A DNA stretch of 63,474 nt, counting the filler, from Reticulomyxa filosa (taxonomy: Eukaryota; Protista; Foraminifera), in assembly GCA_000512085.1 (NCBI GenBank). It is 19 parts of 19 records of this genome, joined end to end, with 100 filler letters (N's around TTAATTAATTAA, not from the genome) between each part and the next. Parts side by side here need not be neighbours in the genome. Positions count along the whole stretch, not along the records: positions 36,312 to 39,396 come from ASPP01005618.1; positions 39,497 to 48,547 come from ASPP01006285.1; positions 48,648 to 49,756 come from ASPP01003524.1; positions 49,857 to 52,144 come from ASPP01004239.1; 15 more parts are not named here. The stretch is one strand, 5' to 3'. Below are positions 37,354 through 50,874 of this stretch, in pieces; position 1 is the first letter of the stretch, and every line of letters begins with the position of its first letter. The position numbers and the translations under genes are program-made. The notes under the pieces are model-generated. The model saw only the letters and a program-made list of their open reading frames with translations. It searched no databases and was not told where the DNA came from.

Positions 37354-39359
37354 TTTTTCTTGTTCTCTATCGTTTAAAATTTTTGAAATATGGCCATTTA
37401 TTGTCAAAAAAGCCATTCGTTTTGTTATCTTTCACCTTTTTGGTCTACTTTCTTCGGTTTTAAACTTGGCATTATATCTTTTTTTGGTACTCATGAGTGT
37501 TTCTTTTGTTTACTTTGAACAAACATCGATTTTGAACGAGTATCATTTCCAAAAGATATGTTTCTTTTTTTAACATGTTATCGAATTACGGTACATTACT
37601 AAATTTTCTATCACACTTGTTCTTGGGTATCTGAGCTGCAGTCATAATGCGACCACTTTCGCAAGTATTTTTTCGTTCACAAACCCACAAAAACAGACAA
37701 ATACTTTTCATGCAGGAAATACTTAGTAAATGAAAACACTATCGTTTATTCGAATAAGAAAAGTTTTGACTACTAACTAATAATAATAATCAAGATGCAA
37801 TAATGAGTGACAGAAAACATTGAAGATGTCCCGACATAGTTCCAAAAAATATAATTAATATATAATAACATTAATTCCAATTAATTCATTCAACAAATAC
37901 TTATATTTTAACTAAATAAGCAATATTTAAATAAAAATAATAATATAAATAACATTCAAAATGAAGTGTAATAATTTGTAAAAAATATTATAAATATAAA
38001 TAAAACAAAATGTAAATTTTATTTTTAAATATAAAAGGACATATTAACTTAAAATTAACTAAAAATTCAGCTATCAGGAAAGTATATCAGTTAAGTGGAT
38101 ATATTTTTTCGACTTCTGTGAAACAAATCAAAATAATTTAAATCTAACTAATATCATAACAAATATGGCAATTACATATAAAAAATCTTATAACAAACAA
38201 AAGGTATTCAAGTAATAATGTATACAATAACAAAACAAAATTGGATAAATACAACAAATCATAATCAATTTTCCGATAATAATATAATGATGCTATTAAT
38301 AATTCCAATTAATAATATTTTTATATATTCTACCAAATGGTGATGAAACAAATGACAGCATAATAGTACGAACATTGATGAACCTAGAAAAAACATTCAA
38401 TTATTTAATATATTAAGATATTTAATAATAATGTGATATTTCAATGATCGAATACTTATACTTGATAAGAAAATAAATCAAAATGTTTACAATTAAAACA
38501 ATTATGTTATACATCAATCAAATATAATAAATTAATGTAGAATATACAATCTATTGTGTAGGACAAACACAATAAAAATATTATACGTGAATAATATGAA
38601 GGAGATTGGATACCGTTAAAATAATAACGTCTGCATCAGATATATGCATCGACACCTATTAAAACATAATATAAATAAATATGAAAAACAAAAAGAAAGA
38701 GCGCAAAAACAAGAGTTAAATAAATAATTTATAAATTTGTAAGTCAGTGAAAGTTAGTTTTGAGGTGTTATTGCAAAACTTGCTTCTGCATACTGGTACT
38801 TTCTGTAAATTTATAAAACGAAGAAAATTATTTATAAGGAGAATGATATACTAGTGCTGAAATTATGTATTGACTTATTTTTTGATGCTGAAAGTAAAAA
38901 ATTGATAGACAAGTGAAACAGTGTTTATTTGGCACTAGGACCAGTTATTGGTTTGGAATTATGACCATTTTTGAGGCCATTAACGTCTAAACGAGTTTTT
39001 TAAATTGTGAAATCAATGTGCTTTAACATGACCAAACATTTCACTCATGATCAAAAAAGTTGATGAATTGACATTTCAATAGAAAAAAAAGCTTTAGACC
39101 AAAAAGCAGGTCAGACCTCAAAAAAAAAGAAAAATACAAAAGAAACTCACAACTTCTCACTACCGCACCTATACTTTGTTAATCCAAAAAAAGAGGACAC
39201 TATACACTAGAAACCCAAAAAGAAGATACTATGGCCATCCAAAAAAGTCACAGTCCATGTCATTATTGTCAGTGTTTGCTTGTCACTATGATTATGAAGG
39301 GTGGCAAAGCAGGAACAGGCAAGAGTATAATATAAATTAATGAAAGAAAACCAAAACAC

Positions 39360-39396
<37 letters not shown>

Positions 39397-39496
39397 NNNN
39401 NNNNNNNNNNNNNNNNNNNNNNNNNNNNNNNNNNNNNNNNTTAATTAATTAANNNNNNNNNNNNNNNNNNNNNNNNNNNNNNNNNNNNNNNNNNNN

Positions 39497-40929
39497 TATA
39501 TGTATATGTATATGTATAATTTATGAAGAGTGAAAAGTGATAGAACATACTTGAGCCAAAGTAATCTGCTTGTCCAATTCTTGCTTTTGACGTTTGACGT
39601 CCTCTAGTTCGTCTTTCAACTGTTCTATGTCTTTGTTGAGTCGGTTATTTTCAGTTTTAGACGCGTTCAGCTGTGTTGTCAACTGCTCTATTTGCTCTGA
39701 CCACTCTTTTTCTTTGCTATGTTCACTCACCACTTGTTCAGCCTATGACATATTTGTGATATGCAACATATTGAATACTTGCAAGTTCATAATGCAACAC
39801 ATATACGAATATACATTTCAACATCGTTTGAGCAAAAAAAAAAAAAAAAAAAAGTAATAATGATAACAATAATAATAACCATTCTAATAATTGGAGGAAC
39901 TTCGTTAATTGACTTCAAAAAAAAAAAAAAAAAAATCGTGCCCTCTTTTTTAAAAAATGAGTTTGCAGTGAATGCAAACACAAAGTACATACGTGAAGTT
40001 GATCATTTGTCATATTATGTTGGATATTGGCATGTTGTTGGAGAGAATGCAATTGAGATTGTAAACGAGTATTTTCCGATTGAACTTGTTTGTATTTCGA
40101 CGTCATTTCATTTTTTGTATTTTCCACTTCGCGTAATTGTTCCGTCATTTCTTTGTACTTATTTTGCCATTTTTCGATTTCCTTGCTGTTGTTGTTGTCA
40201 TTATTATCACTGTTGTCATTGTTTCCCCATGGGTCCTCCTCTTCCTCCCTTTTGTTGTTACTGTCTTCCAACCATCCATCATCGTCATTACTTTTTCCCA
40301 CTTTTTGATCTCGCAAGCTTTTTTTCTTCAATTATTATTATTATGTATTATTCTTTTTTATTTTAGATATGCAGAGACAACAACAAAAAAAAAAAAAACA
40401 TTTTTTTTTTTTTTTGGAATTCCCCTTGACATCATCTCCCTTGTCATTCTCATTCTATTTGATACAAAAGAAGAGAGAACAAAGTAAAAAAAAATGGGTC
40501 TTACATTATTCAGATTATTATTTGCGATAGAATTTGATGGTCTTGTCTTTGTCTTCGGTACCGATCCGTCCTTTGTCTTGTTTTCGTTTTTATTTTATTC
40601 TTGATATGTTGACAAAACAAAATTATAGACTAATTTTTGAAAGGTAGGTCCATTTTTTTTTGTCCTTCGTGTCACTTGACGAGTGGATTTTACATTGACC
40701 GTAAGTCATTGATTTACGCTTACGCAAAATATTACATCTCAAAAACTTGAAATAGGCTTAAACAATAAATACATTTGGCTGCATTAGTCTTTGTTGTTAC
40801 ACTTACCTGAGGGGCAGGAGAAGAGCCAATTTCTCTCTCCAAGAAATTATCAAACGTACTCAAAAATGTAGACGATGGTTGTCCTGAATCACCATCATCA
40901 GCAGACCATAAAGATGTTAGGAAATCCAT
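39497..40929 (-). CDS. Multi-exon coiled-coil (golgin-like) protein, 5' part
   Basis: Starts MDFLTSLW; donor CAG/GTAAGT at ~40806; heptad-rich exons at 40325-40000 and 39740-39550. Confidence 0.6.
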
Positions 40930-41547
40930 TCTTAAACTATTATTTGACTGTTTTTGTTAGGGACTCCAGAACCTCAACTTTAGTCAAAGTTTTTTTGTTT
41001 CTTGAAAAAAATTTCATTGATCAAACAGGTCTTAATTAGCAACAATTGAAGTCGGTTAATTTTTGTTTCAATACTTTGTTAAAGTAATGAAAATAAGTTC
41101 CAGCCCGAAGTATTATAAAAATTGCGTCTCGCAATTATTTGAACAAGAGCAAAGATTACAAACTTCAACATTTGAAAGATGTCAACTTTTGTACATATTT
41201 TGGAGGGGTTGACGCGTGAGATGGTTACCGGCACCTCCTTCTGAAAATGTGAATATTAACATTTCCCAACCCCGCCAATTGTAATTTTGATCAATCTGAA
41301 CATGAAAACACTGAAATAAATAGTTTCAGTAACAACAAAAAACGTAATAAAAAAAGCGAAAAGATGTTATGTGTAAATTAATCAAAAGAAAAAAAGGACA
41401 ATAAACCAAAAAAGATACGAATCATCTCTCCCCAACAAACCAATAAAATAGCGATTGGATTGGGGAGCAATATAAAAAAAAAAAGAAAAAGAAAAAAAAG
41501 TGAAAAAAAAAATAGTAAGGTAAGTCTAGAAAAAAAGCGAGATGGAG

Positions 41548-42273
41548 TCAGTGTAAGGGGAGTTTGGTGTCAAACGGATAATTTTGAGAGGTCTGTAAGT
41601 AGGCAACGTTAGATGTATCGAATGTAGCATACAAAGAGGGGTTGTACATTAGCGCAGTGTCATTGATGTTTAAGCAGTTGGTTGTTTCTTCATTGCCATG
41701 GTTTTCACCCTCCTGGAGCTGTGGCTTGTTCTTTTGAGACGTTTGGGCACTCAATACATCACCAGGCATTTCCTCTGAGTATTTTTCTTTTTCTTTGCCT
41801 TTCGGATGTAATGCTTTTTTCACGTTTTTAAAAAAAGTAGTCGTTGTCGCACTCATGGTGTTGGGCGGAGCAATAGCGTTCGAAGTTGTACTGGAACCTG
41901 GAAGGGTGGAGTAATAGGCATAGTTATTGCCCGGATAATGCGAGTAATAATTGTCAAAAACAACGTATGGACTCATATTTTCATATTGAATGCACATGTT
42001 GTTCCCGTCACCTGCATTCAAAGCTATTGCCGCATGATAATAGTCTTCGTTATTTGACATTCCTTTGTTTTTGTTTTTTTGTTTTGTTTAAAAAAAAAAA
42101 AAGGGTTATCTGTTTATGTTATTCTCTAACGTCCGTACCTGCCATGTTGTATGCTTGCACAAAGTTTGGAGGAGTCGTGTAATCTCCTCCTCCTCCTCCT
42201 CCTCCTCCAGCTACTGCGTGGTAGTAAAGTTCATTGTTTTGTTGCCCTTGGCACAGATCGGCTCCTCCCCCAG

Positions 42274-42309
<36 letters not shown>

Positions 42310-43955
42310 TACTGTTGTTATTGTTACTACCATTACCAACAACTGTGGGATATCCACTGTCCACATTGTAATATTGCTGCTCGCTGTCCTTGTTCGGTGC
42401 AAAAGGTGTATTATTGTCCTCTTGCAATTTCTTGCCGCTCGCTCTTTTGCTTTCATTTTTGACGCAATTGTCGCCTATTTTCCCCTCTTCATCCGTTTGC
42501 TTGTATTGAAAATGTGGATATGAATAGTCGGGAGCAAAGTTTCCGTTGTTTGCGTTTTCGAATGCCAAAACCGGCGAAAAAAAGAACGAAGGTTGGAAAC
42601 CGCTACCATTTTCTATCATTGCCCCTGGATTTCCGGCGTAGTAATTCACATAATTTGGATTGTGGCCATTCAAATACGATATGTCTGGAGGTACGCAAGG
42701 CCATCCTGTAGCTGCATCTTCTAACGCAAAAAAAAAAAAAAAAAATGTGATTTTTTTTTTAATTAATTCTTTTTCTTTATTTTATTTTCACTTTTTTTTT
42801 TTATGTATACGTTTGTGCGTTTTTTTTTTCTCGGCCGAAGGTGAAAAAAAATCAAATAAAAAAAAACTTAAACAAACACTGTACCGTAATGAGTTGCGTT
42901 AGCGAAACCCATTAGCAATTCGGCAGCCATCTCATATTCACCTTTGATTGAATCTTGTGAGTCAGATGGCATTTTTCTCCTTTTTTTGATGCAACGACTA
43001 CCTAACTCATGGACACTGTCATCTTTTCTTTTTTTCAAAGATCGCTCACACACATCCAAATCTAATACTTTTGCATATTTTTTCAAATTGATTTTTCCAC
43101 TATTTTTTTTTGTTGGTATTTTTAAACAAACAACCAAAAAAAAATTTTAATTGTTTTTTTTTTTGGCTTTGTTTTTTTTTATGTGTGTGTACGTGTGCAC
43201 ACTTCTGTGTGACTGTAAAAGTATAAATATATCATATATATATATATATTTTTTTTTATTTGTATTTGTTTGTGCACCCGTGCTTCACGCATGCCAAATG
43301 AACTTTCAAATTATATTTGACAGCATTCTTAAAATGACAATTTTCCACTGGACAATAATAAGGCTTTTCGCCGGTGTGGGTTCGCACGTGGTACACAAAT
43401 GTGGCCATGCACGTCAAAGTCTTTTGACAAAATGGACACTTGGTATGGTTTTGATGACTTCGAATGTGTCTGTACAAATCATGCGTTTTGCTGAACGATT
43501 CGTCGCAATGCGTGCACTTCATTCGCAAGGGGCGGAATATCATTTCTCCGTTATCATCATACGTTAGTCGCGGACCAAATTGTGCAGTGTCGTCCTCACT
43601 GTCACTACCACTACCACCATCATCCATCATCTCCATCTTCTCGTCTCCTTCTCTTAACAATTCCGATTTTTTTCCCAATTCCTCTTGGCTTGTCGTATCT
43701 GTATCTTTGTCGTGAGATATATTATCACTTTTTGTTTCCGTTGCTGGTGAGTGTTCTCCCATGTCACTCCATCTTTTTTGCTCGAATGGATCCGGGAGCA
43801 ATTCTTTGTTTTGTTAGTAATTTTGATTACCAGTAAGAACTTGATTTGGTTGTTTTTTTTTTTGCTGTTCAAACACTTAAACACAGCTTACGATTCAAAA
43901 AATAATGCTTTTCGCATTGAAACGCTTGGGTCTCTTCTTTTATTTTTGCCATCAT
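41548..43955 (-). CDS. C2H2 zinc-finger transcription factor (three fingers) with Asn/Tyr/Gly-rich C-terminal region, multi-exon
   Basis: CTHC..H..H, CPFC..H..H, a TGEKPY linker and CPVENC..H...H. Downstream co-oriented exons (43137-42885, 42720-42140, 42062-41548) are assigned to the same gene by inference. Confidence 0.8.
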
Positions 43956-44802
43956 TGAAGTCTTTGGAAAAGGGATTAACTTAACTTAGTTATATGAGGG
44001 AAAAAAAAGCTAAGCAGTAAAAAGGTTTGGTTACTTGCGCGCTTTTCTTGTTGACGTCAGCCTCAGTCCGTTGTTCGTGCTACAAAAAACTATCACAATA
44101 AAATTTCCGAAACAGAAACTTTTAGTTTTGACTGTCCAGTGCTTATGTCAAAGAAACATTCTAAATCGATTAGGAATTAGCAATATTTTGCATGCACAAT
44201 ATGTACAACTCCAAAAACCTCTATCTCACACAAAACACATTACATGAGCTCCCAAGGCCTTCAAAGCAATATGCAGTTCAGCCTTGAGACTGAGTCATAA
44301 CTTAGTGCTGACCATGCACAAAAAAATTATATAAAGATTTGATTGGTTCCAGTAATAATTGAGAATATATAACACGTCTAGTTATGAAAATACATTCAAT
44401 ATAATCATTATTCTAAACCAAAACTCGTCAATCTTTTTCTTTTAGCTTTATTTTTAATGCTTGTTATGTTTTTGTTATTCCAAGGATTATTCAAAAAATA
44501 ATTTGATTGATCAAATAAATTGGATTTTATAATAAAATAATAAGCTTTTGCAATAGTAACACTTAGCAAATTGAAAAAATCTAGGTTTATTGTGTTGAAG
44601 GTTTACTAGATCTAAAAACGTCTTCTTAAAATGTTAAAGAGAATTGATGTGAACGGTCAGACATTAAAAAATGATATGGAAGACTGATCTACAATTGCTT
44701 TTTTTAACATTTAAACGGAATCAAAATTTTTTTATTTGTAAGTACATTGCCAAATGTTTTGGTTAATTCCTGTAGATCGTAATTATGTTTTATGAGATAT
44801 TT

Positions 44803-45425
44803 ATGAGAACAAAAATCCGTATCTCAGACGATAGTGGCAAAAAAATTATAAGCGAAAGCAATTGGGTGGCTTGAATGGAACATCTTCCATCCAAACATCA
44901 AATATTGTTAAACGCATCATTTGGCAACAACCAACAAACGAGAACAAAACAGAGGTTGTACATAAAAAAAAAAGTAGACGTTTGGGGCACTCGCTTGGAA
45001 AACAAAAAAAAGTAGCCACTTCGTCGAAGTTAAAAACCAAAAAACTTCGCCGTTTGATAAAAGCGATAGCAAATGAATTGAATGCACAAGAATGCAAGCA
45101 TGACAAGAATAATGAACAATCCAAAAAAACACAAAAACAAAGGGAATACTTTCAATCAATGTTAAAAGAGTTTGATAAAGCTTTGCAAAGCAAAGAATAT
45201 AAAGAAAAAGAGGTGCGAAGGCTCCATGAATCTTATGAGCACTCACTATTACGACTTGTTGAATTTTTGGAATTGGCATTTCAGAGATTGAACATTTACA
45301 TTGACACAATTGAAGAGAAAACTCTGCATTTAAATCAAATGAAATGTCCAAAGTCTGATCATTTTCAGTCAAAATGCAATGAACACATTTGTTCACATGG
45401 AACGGATGTATATGCACATGAGTAA
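44803..45425 (+). CDS. Hypothetical basic coiled-coil protein
   Basis: A 187-codon ORF without an in-frame ATG start. The ATG at 44803 joins it only with one extra A in the A7 run at 44839-44845. Confidence 0.4.
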
Positions 45426-46392
45426 GTTGGACTATTCTTCATACGATACAAACATATGTAAAGTTCAAAGCTTACTTTTTGGTCTTTTTTCAATACATTT
45501 CACAATTCTTTGGGTGCGTCAAATTCATTGATGATGTCCAACATAGGTATCTAATTCGTCATGACGAAAATATTCTAAAAAGGATGCCAGCAATAGAAGA
45601 GTAATCATTCAATATGCTGAAATAATTTCTTTTTACACATTTCATTTCAAAAATCTGAAATTCAAAGTATCAGCAATGCCATTTCTTATCTAGTTATATT
45701 TTGAGATCATTTGTTTCAACATTTTAAAAATTTGTTTAATGGATTTAAAATAAAAGTATTAAAAAACACAAAAATTAAGAAATAATCTTTTGCAATTATG
45801 TTCGTAGTACTAGAAATCCGAGTAAACATCAGAACTCCCTTTATTCTGGTTCACACTCGCTTCGCTCCTCAGTCTTTTGTTCTTCTTACTTTTGCTTGTT
45901 TGTTTTATATCATTATTTTCTCGTTATTTAACAAATTTCGCTTTGTTGAAAGTTTGCTCAAGATAGCTAATCAACCTTTCGTATTACACTTTGTGCAGCA
46001 ACAGACATTCCATAGGGGTAAATCATTTTTTCAACAGCAATTGAGGTGGCATATTCAATCATTTCAAATCTATCTTATACATTCTGTTTATTTCGAATTT
46101 GATCTTAAAAATTATCGAAATGTTTTTTCGCCAAACAAAATTGAATTGTGTGCCATCAATTAGTCTGAAATAGTTTTCCTTACACAAAAATTTTCTAGCA
46201 ACCAAAAATGCAACTGTTTATGCAATTGAAACACGGTTGGAAAACACTTTTTTGTCTATTTTTTTATTTATTGAACTTTTTCAGTCATAAATCCGTTTTT
46301 AAAGTTCAAAACGCAGTTTTTAGTTGTTTGACCGTTGTCTGTCACGTCCCTTTTTAAAAAGTTAAAATACTAAACAAAATTCAACATAGCAC

Positions 46393-47230
46393 ATGGCTAA
46401 TCCAACCACACCACAAAAACCTCCCAAAACACTAACTGAACAAATTCAAGATGTTGCTGCAACTAACTTTGAATTTTTGGAAGGGTTGCCCACTCCACTT
46501 GAGCAAACTGAATGTGTGTTACACAAACACGAACTCCTCATTTGTGGAAGCGTTATTCTTTTCATACGTTTAAAAACGAATTCAAGTTTGTCTGTGAGTA
46601 TCCAAGTAATGTTGAATTACGGGAACACTGTGTAGTGAAATTGGTAGATAACAACAAAGACAGTAATGAAATCACTTTGCTGTCTTTTGGTGGATCTAAA
46701 TATACAACAAGACACATTGATGATGAAATATGTAAGTGTTTGGAGTAATGACAGTGATAATGTTAACGACAACGAAAGTAACAAATTAAACAATTACGAT
46801 CAATGAATTCTTTTAACAGGCAATCATGTAATCTAATTCACATTGGAAGTGATGATGATCAGGGAGTACGTGTAGTGATTGGTGGAAGCAACAAAGATTT
46901 GTCATTTATCACTTATTCTTTTGATAATATTAGTATGTTTGATTTAAACACACTTCAATTTATTAAACACGACAGATTGATACAAAACAATGATAACATA
47001 TTCATTTTTAGTTGGCAAAGACAGAAAATATACAAGAAATGACGAAAACAAATGAAGAAAAAAAAAAAATAATAAATCAAATATGGTTGTTTTGTCAAAA
47101 AACTTTCAATTTCACCATCTGTTTGTGATGATATTGCGCCATTCAGAAATTATAAATGTGTATGCGTCAATGATATCATCTTGTTCTTTGGTGGATATTA
47201 TTATAGAGATGACAGTTTTTAAAATTGGTG
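46393..47230 (+). pseudogene. Pseudogene of the Kelch-like propeller family (paralog of the gene at 17692)
   Basis: CVLHKHELLICG, EHCVVKLVD..DSNEITLLSFGG, VVIGGSN..FDLNTLQF and NDIILFFGG spread over several frames with stops. Confidence 0.88.
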
Positions 47231-47399
47231 TACAAGATCCAAAAAATTAAATCATCAAGACTAAAAAGAAAAAGAAGCAAACAAGAAAGAAATAGATCAA
47301 TCTTTACTTTATTATAATCAGCTTTCGCTTTTCATTTATCCAATTACCTGAAACATTTATTGACATACTGGTATGTATAGAATGTATTATTCAACATTT

Positions 47400-47660
47400 G
47401 ATAGCTACCAATTTATTTGTTCGATCATTTGATAAATAATTCGTTTTTGGGATATTCAGTCAAATGAGAATGTTTTCCTTGAAGATCGTGTTTGTCGGAC
47501 AATGTAGATTATCCCCAATACGAATTTTGCCTTTATATGAGCCATAACACAAGCCGAAATCATAATCGCCATTTTTAGTTTTCATTTTTCTTTTTTTTTA
47601 AAGGCAATAATTTATGACATTATCTTTATTTTTGTCTCATTTGATCAAATGTAATCCAGA
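47400..47660. pseudogene. Two short convergent WD40-family remnants
   Basis: IRFWDIQSNE on the + strand; LCYGSYKGKIRIG-like tail on the - strand. Confidence 0.55.
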
Positions 47661-47916
47661 CTTTACATTATTATCAATAAAGTTTTGCTTGGTAGAAAAA
47701 AATTTGAGAAAACCTGTTCAACATGTAAATAAATGAAGTGAACACAAACAAAATAAATTATATAAAGTAGAATGCAAAGTAAAGTTGACACTTAAAACGG
47801 CACCTTATATAGATGATTGATTTTCTACATGAAAAAACAACATTCACACATAATTTTTTTTTAAAAATATCTACAAATCGTGTACTTTTTAAATATCATT
47901 TTGGTTTTTTATTATA

Positions 47917-48044
47917 CAGTATGTTGCAAAGAAAACTGAACGCCTAAAACGATATCATATGATGATAATTGATTTTCTCAATGAAAAATCAATTATCATC
48001 ACATGATATCGTTTTACGCATTCAGTTTTCTTTGCAACCTACTG
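47917..48044. mobile_element. 128-bp palindromic MITE of Tc1/mariner type with TA target duplication
   Basis: TA|CAGTATGTTGCAAAGAAAACTGAA...TTCAGTTTTCTTTGCAACCTACTG|TA; arms of ~63 bp with 4 mismatches and a tiny centre. Confidence 0.9.
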
Positions 48045-48159
48045 TATCTTTCCTAATTATTTCAATATTTTATACTTTATTTTTCTTTTTCTTTTCTTTT
48101 TTTTTTTTTTTTTTTAGCTCAGTGTAGTTCAATTTTTAATTTTTTTATTATTTTTAAAA

Positions 48160-48547
48160 ATGGTGAAAGGAATTGAAAATTTTAATAAAGGACGCGCTGT
48201 TGAGCTGTTGAGACAGGGCTGGAGTTTGCGCAAAGTGGCAAAAAAGTTTCATGTAAGTCACGAATGTGTGCGTAAATGGAAGCTTACGTTCAAGACTGAA
48301 AAAATTATTAAGAAGAAGCCAAGAAAAGGGCGTTTGTTAAAAGTACCAGAACGAATTCAGCGTCTTGTTGTACGGTGGATGATTACTGGCAAATGCGTTA
48401 CAGCTGAGGAAGTAAAAAGAGGACTGGAAAAAGAAGGTTTTGCTTTAATTTCATGTGCAACAATAACCAGAATGCTGAGAAAAAATGGATTGAATGCTAT
48501 TACTTTGAAGAAAAAACCTTTTTTAACAAAAAAAAATAAGAAAGCTA
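48160..48547 (+). mobile_element. Tc1/mariner transposase, N-terminal DNA-binding half (cut by contig end)
   Basis: HTH GWSLRKVAKKFHVSHECVRKW, GRP-like linker RKGR, second HTH ISCATITRMLRKNGL, then KKKPFLTKKNKKA. Confidence 0.9.
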
Positions 48548-48647
48548 NNNNNNNNNNNNNNNNNNNNNNNNNNNNNNNNNNNNNNNNNNNNTTAATTAAT
48601 TAANNNNNNNNNNNNNNNNNNNNNNNNNNNNNNNNNNNNNNNNNNNN

Positions 48648-48989
48648 CGTTTGTGGGATATTCGATCTGGTAAACAAATTCAATCGTTCAATGAGCATAC
48701 AAATGGTGTAAATGATGTTGCATATTCACCATTCGTGATAGATGATGACAATGTTAGTGGCACTTCAAATGTGATATGTTCTGGATCAATGGACAATACC
48801 ATTTGTTTTTGGGATATTCGATCAAATAAAGATACATTGCATATGATCAAGGGAAATGCAAAAGACTGGGGAATAATATGTCTTAAATTTCTAAAATTAA
48901 AAAAAAACAAAAAAAGTAATAATGATCGTATTTGTGATATTAATCTGTGTTATGGTTCATTGAATGGCGTTATTAATATTTGGGGATAA
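48648..48989 (+). CDS. WD40-repeat protein, 3' fragment
   Basis: LWDIRSGKQIQSFNEH, ICSGSMDNTICFWDIRSNK and YGSLNGVINIWG*; paralog of 13010-13619. Confidence 0.88.
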   Translation, partial: RLWDIRSGKQIQSFNEHTNGVNDVAYSPFVIDDDNVSGTSNVICSGSMDNTICFWDIRSNKDTLHMIKGNAKDWGIICLKFLKLKKNKKSNNDRICDINLCYGSLNGVINIWG

Positions 48990-49264
48990 TATCACTATTG
49001 CATTGCTTGTAATCTTTTTTAAGTACGATTGTTCAAGCAAAGTCTTTTACATCTTTCGAGTTTTTGTTCAATTACTCCATAAAACGAATAATATAATACT
49101 TGAACATGATATACTCTAATTGTAACGTTTGAACATTAATATTTCATGAGATAATAGGAATACTGAAAAATATATGTTAATTATTGAAAAAAAATATTTC
49201 ATTGTATTCACCCAAAAAGAACCAAACAACTCAAAATAGTTTTTTATTGTTGGAAAAATATGTT

Positions 49265-49620
49265 TATCCCCAAATACGAATCAGATAAATTCCACAACCA
49301 CGACTATTGTTTCCTTTATTTTTCTTTAATTGTAAAAATTTAAAAGAATATATTCCTCCATCTTCTTCATCTCCTTTGGTTGTATATAATTCATTCTTAT
49401 TTGATCGAATATTCTAAAAACGAATTGTATTATCATATGATCCAGAACATATCACCAAATAGCATCTTCATGTCCATTGAAAGCATGCAATGATTTAGAT
49501 GTTTTAACATCCAATAAATGAATAGTTTTGCCACCAGATTTGAAACACAAATATCGACCACAATTAAAAGTGAAAATTTAATACCACTAACCCAACTTTT
49601 ATTTCGTTGAATACTTTACA
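49265..49620 (-). pseudogene. WD40-family pseudogene
   Basis: TIHLLDVKTSKSLHAFNGHEDAIW, CSGSYDNTIRF*NIRSNK with an in-frame stop, and an IRIWG* tail. Confidence 0.8.
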
Positions 49621-50874
49621 TTTTTTTTACGATTGTATATTCGAGTTCAATGCTGAACAGTTGTTTCGAATCTTTTCTTCCAATTGTCACATATAATAAA
49701 CGACAAACGGAAAACTAAACTTTCTGAGAACTTAAAATAATAGCTTACCAATTGCCNNNNNNNNNNNNNNNNNNNNNNNNNNNNNNNNNNNNNNNNNNNN
49801 TTAATTAATTAANNNNNNNNNNNNNNNNNNNNNNNNNNNNNNNNNNNNNNNNNNNNGCATTTTAGGTTTCAGCTTTCTTTTTTATCCTAATGTATATTAT
49901 TTTTTTTAAAAAATTGCGACATTAACGCTCAATTCAATTTTGCGAGAATGTCAACACATTTAGCATCAAATCAAGCACTTACTATTATGCTACAATCACA
50001 AACATTTACTTTTCTAAATATATCTTATCACTAGTATTGTCCTTCTTTTTTCAACATATACCAATTCAATTTTTCAATATAAGTTAACTTTTATTTTTTC
50101 CAAAAATATGACTTTTTTCTAATAATATGAAGTCCAACTTTGTTTTTATTAATAAAACTAAGTCTTTGTTGTGTTCGTTAGCCAGTTTTGGCTTTTGTAA
50201 TAGTATATCCATTCAGCTTCGAGCATAGTTATTTCCAAATAAAAAACTTTAATTTCGCTTTCGATATTTAATAAACTTTTCAATATTTCACTGTCATAGC
50301 GATGTTAAGTTAAATCTTATCACATATCACAAAAAAATCTTAATAAAGTAGCATTTTAGGTTTACTTTTTTTTTTGAACTACTGTAACTTTTATCCATTC
50401 GTCTAGCCATTATTTTTACTTGGTTCTATGATTCGTGCATAGACTTGCAATAGAAAAAGTATTAAATGTGCTGTATACCAAGAGAGTACAGTAAAAAATG
50501 TGTAAATAAATTTGACAAACAATGCCGTATGGGCTCAGTTGGCCAGCAAGAATACACGCAAAAAACGAATGATTTTAAATTTCAGCCTTTTGCAACCAAA
50601 TTTGAAATGTGAAATACTTGACAAATTTTCAATACACAAAAAAACAATTGGGCTCAAGAAAAACTTCACACCAAAAAGAAAAACATGTACATCTCAAACT
50701 TGGGGTTAGCCAAGGAGTCTGACACATTTTATTTGAAAGGAGGCTTTCTCAAAACTGAAGGACGCGCAGAACTTTCTGATCTTGAACTGAGCCCTGTAAA
50801 TTTACACAAATATAACGCAGAATATTTGTTGAATGGTATGAAAGTAAGTTCAATAAAGAAAAGGAAAGTATAAT

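Noticed and set aside
41200-41278. tRNA, purine riboswitch or H/ACA snoRNA identity for the structured element
   Set aside because: No T-loop or anticodon arm; purine-riboswitch junction residues and the loop-loop GG are missing; H and ACA boxes are too close to the putative pockets.
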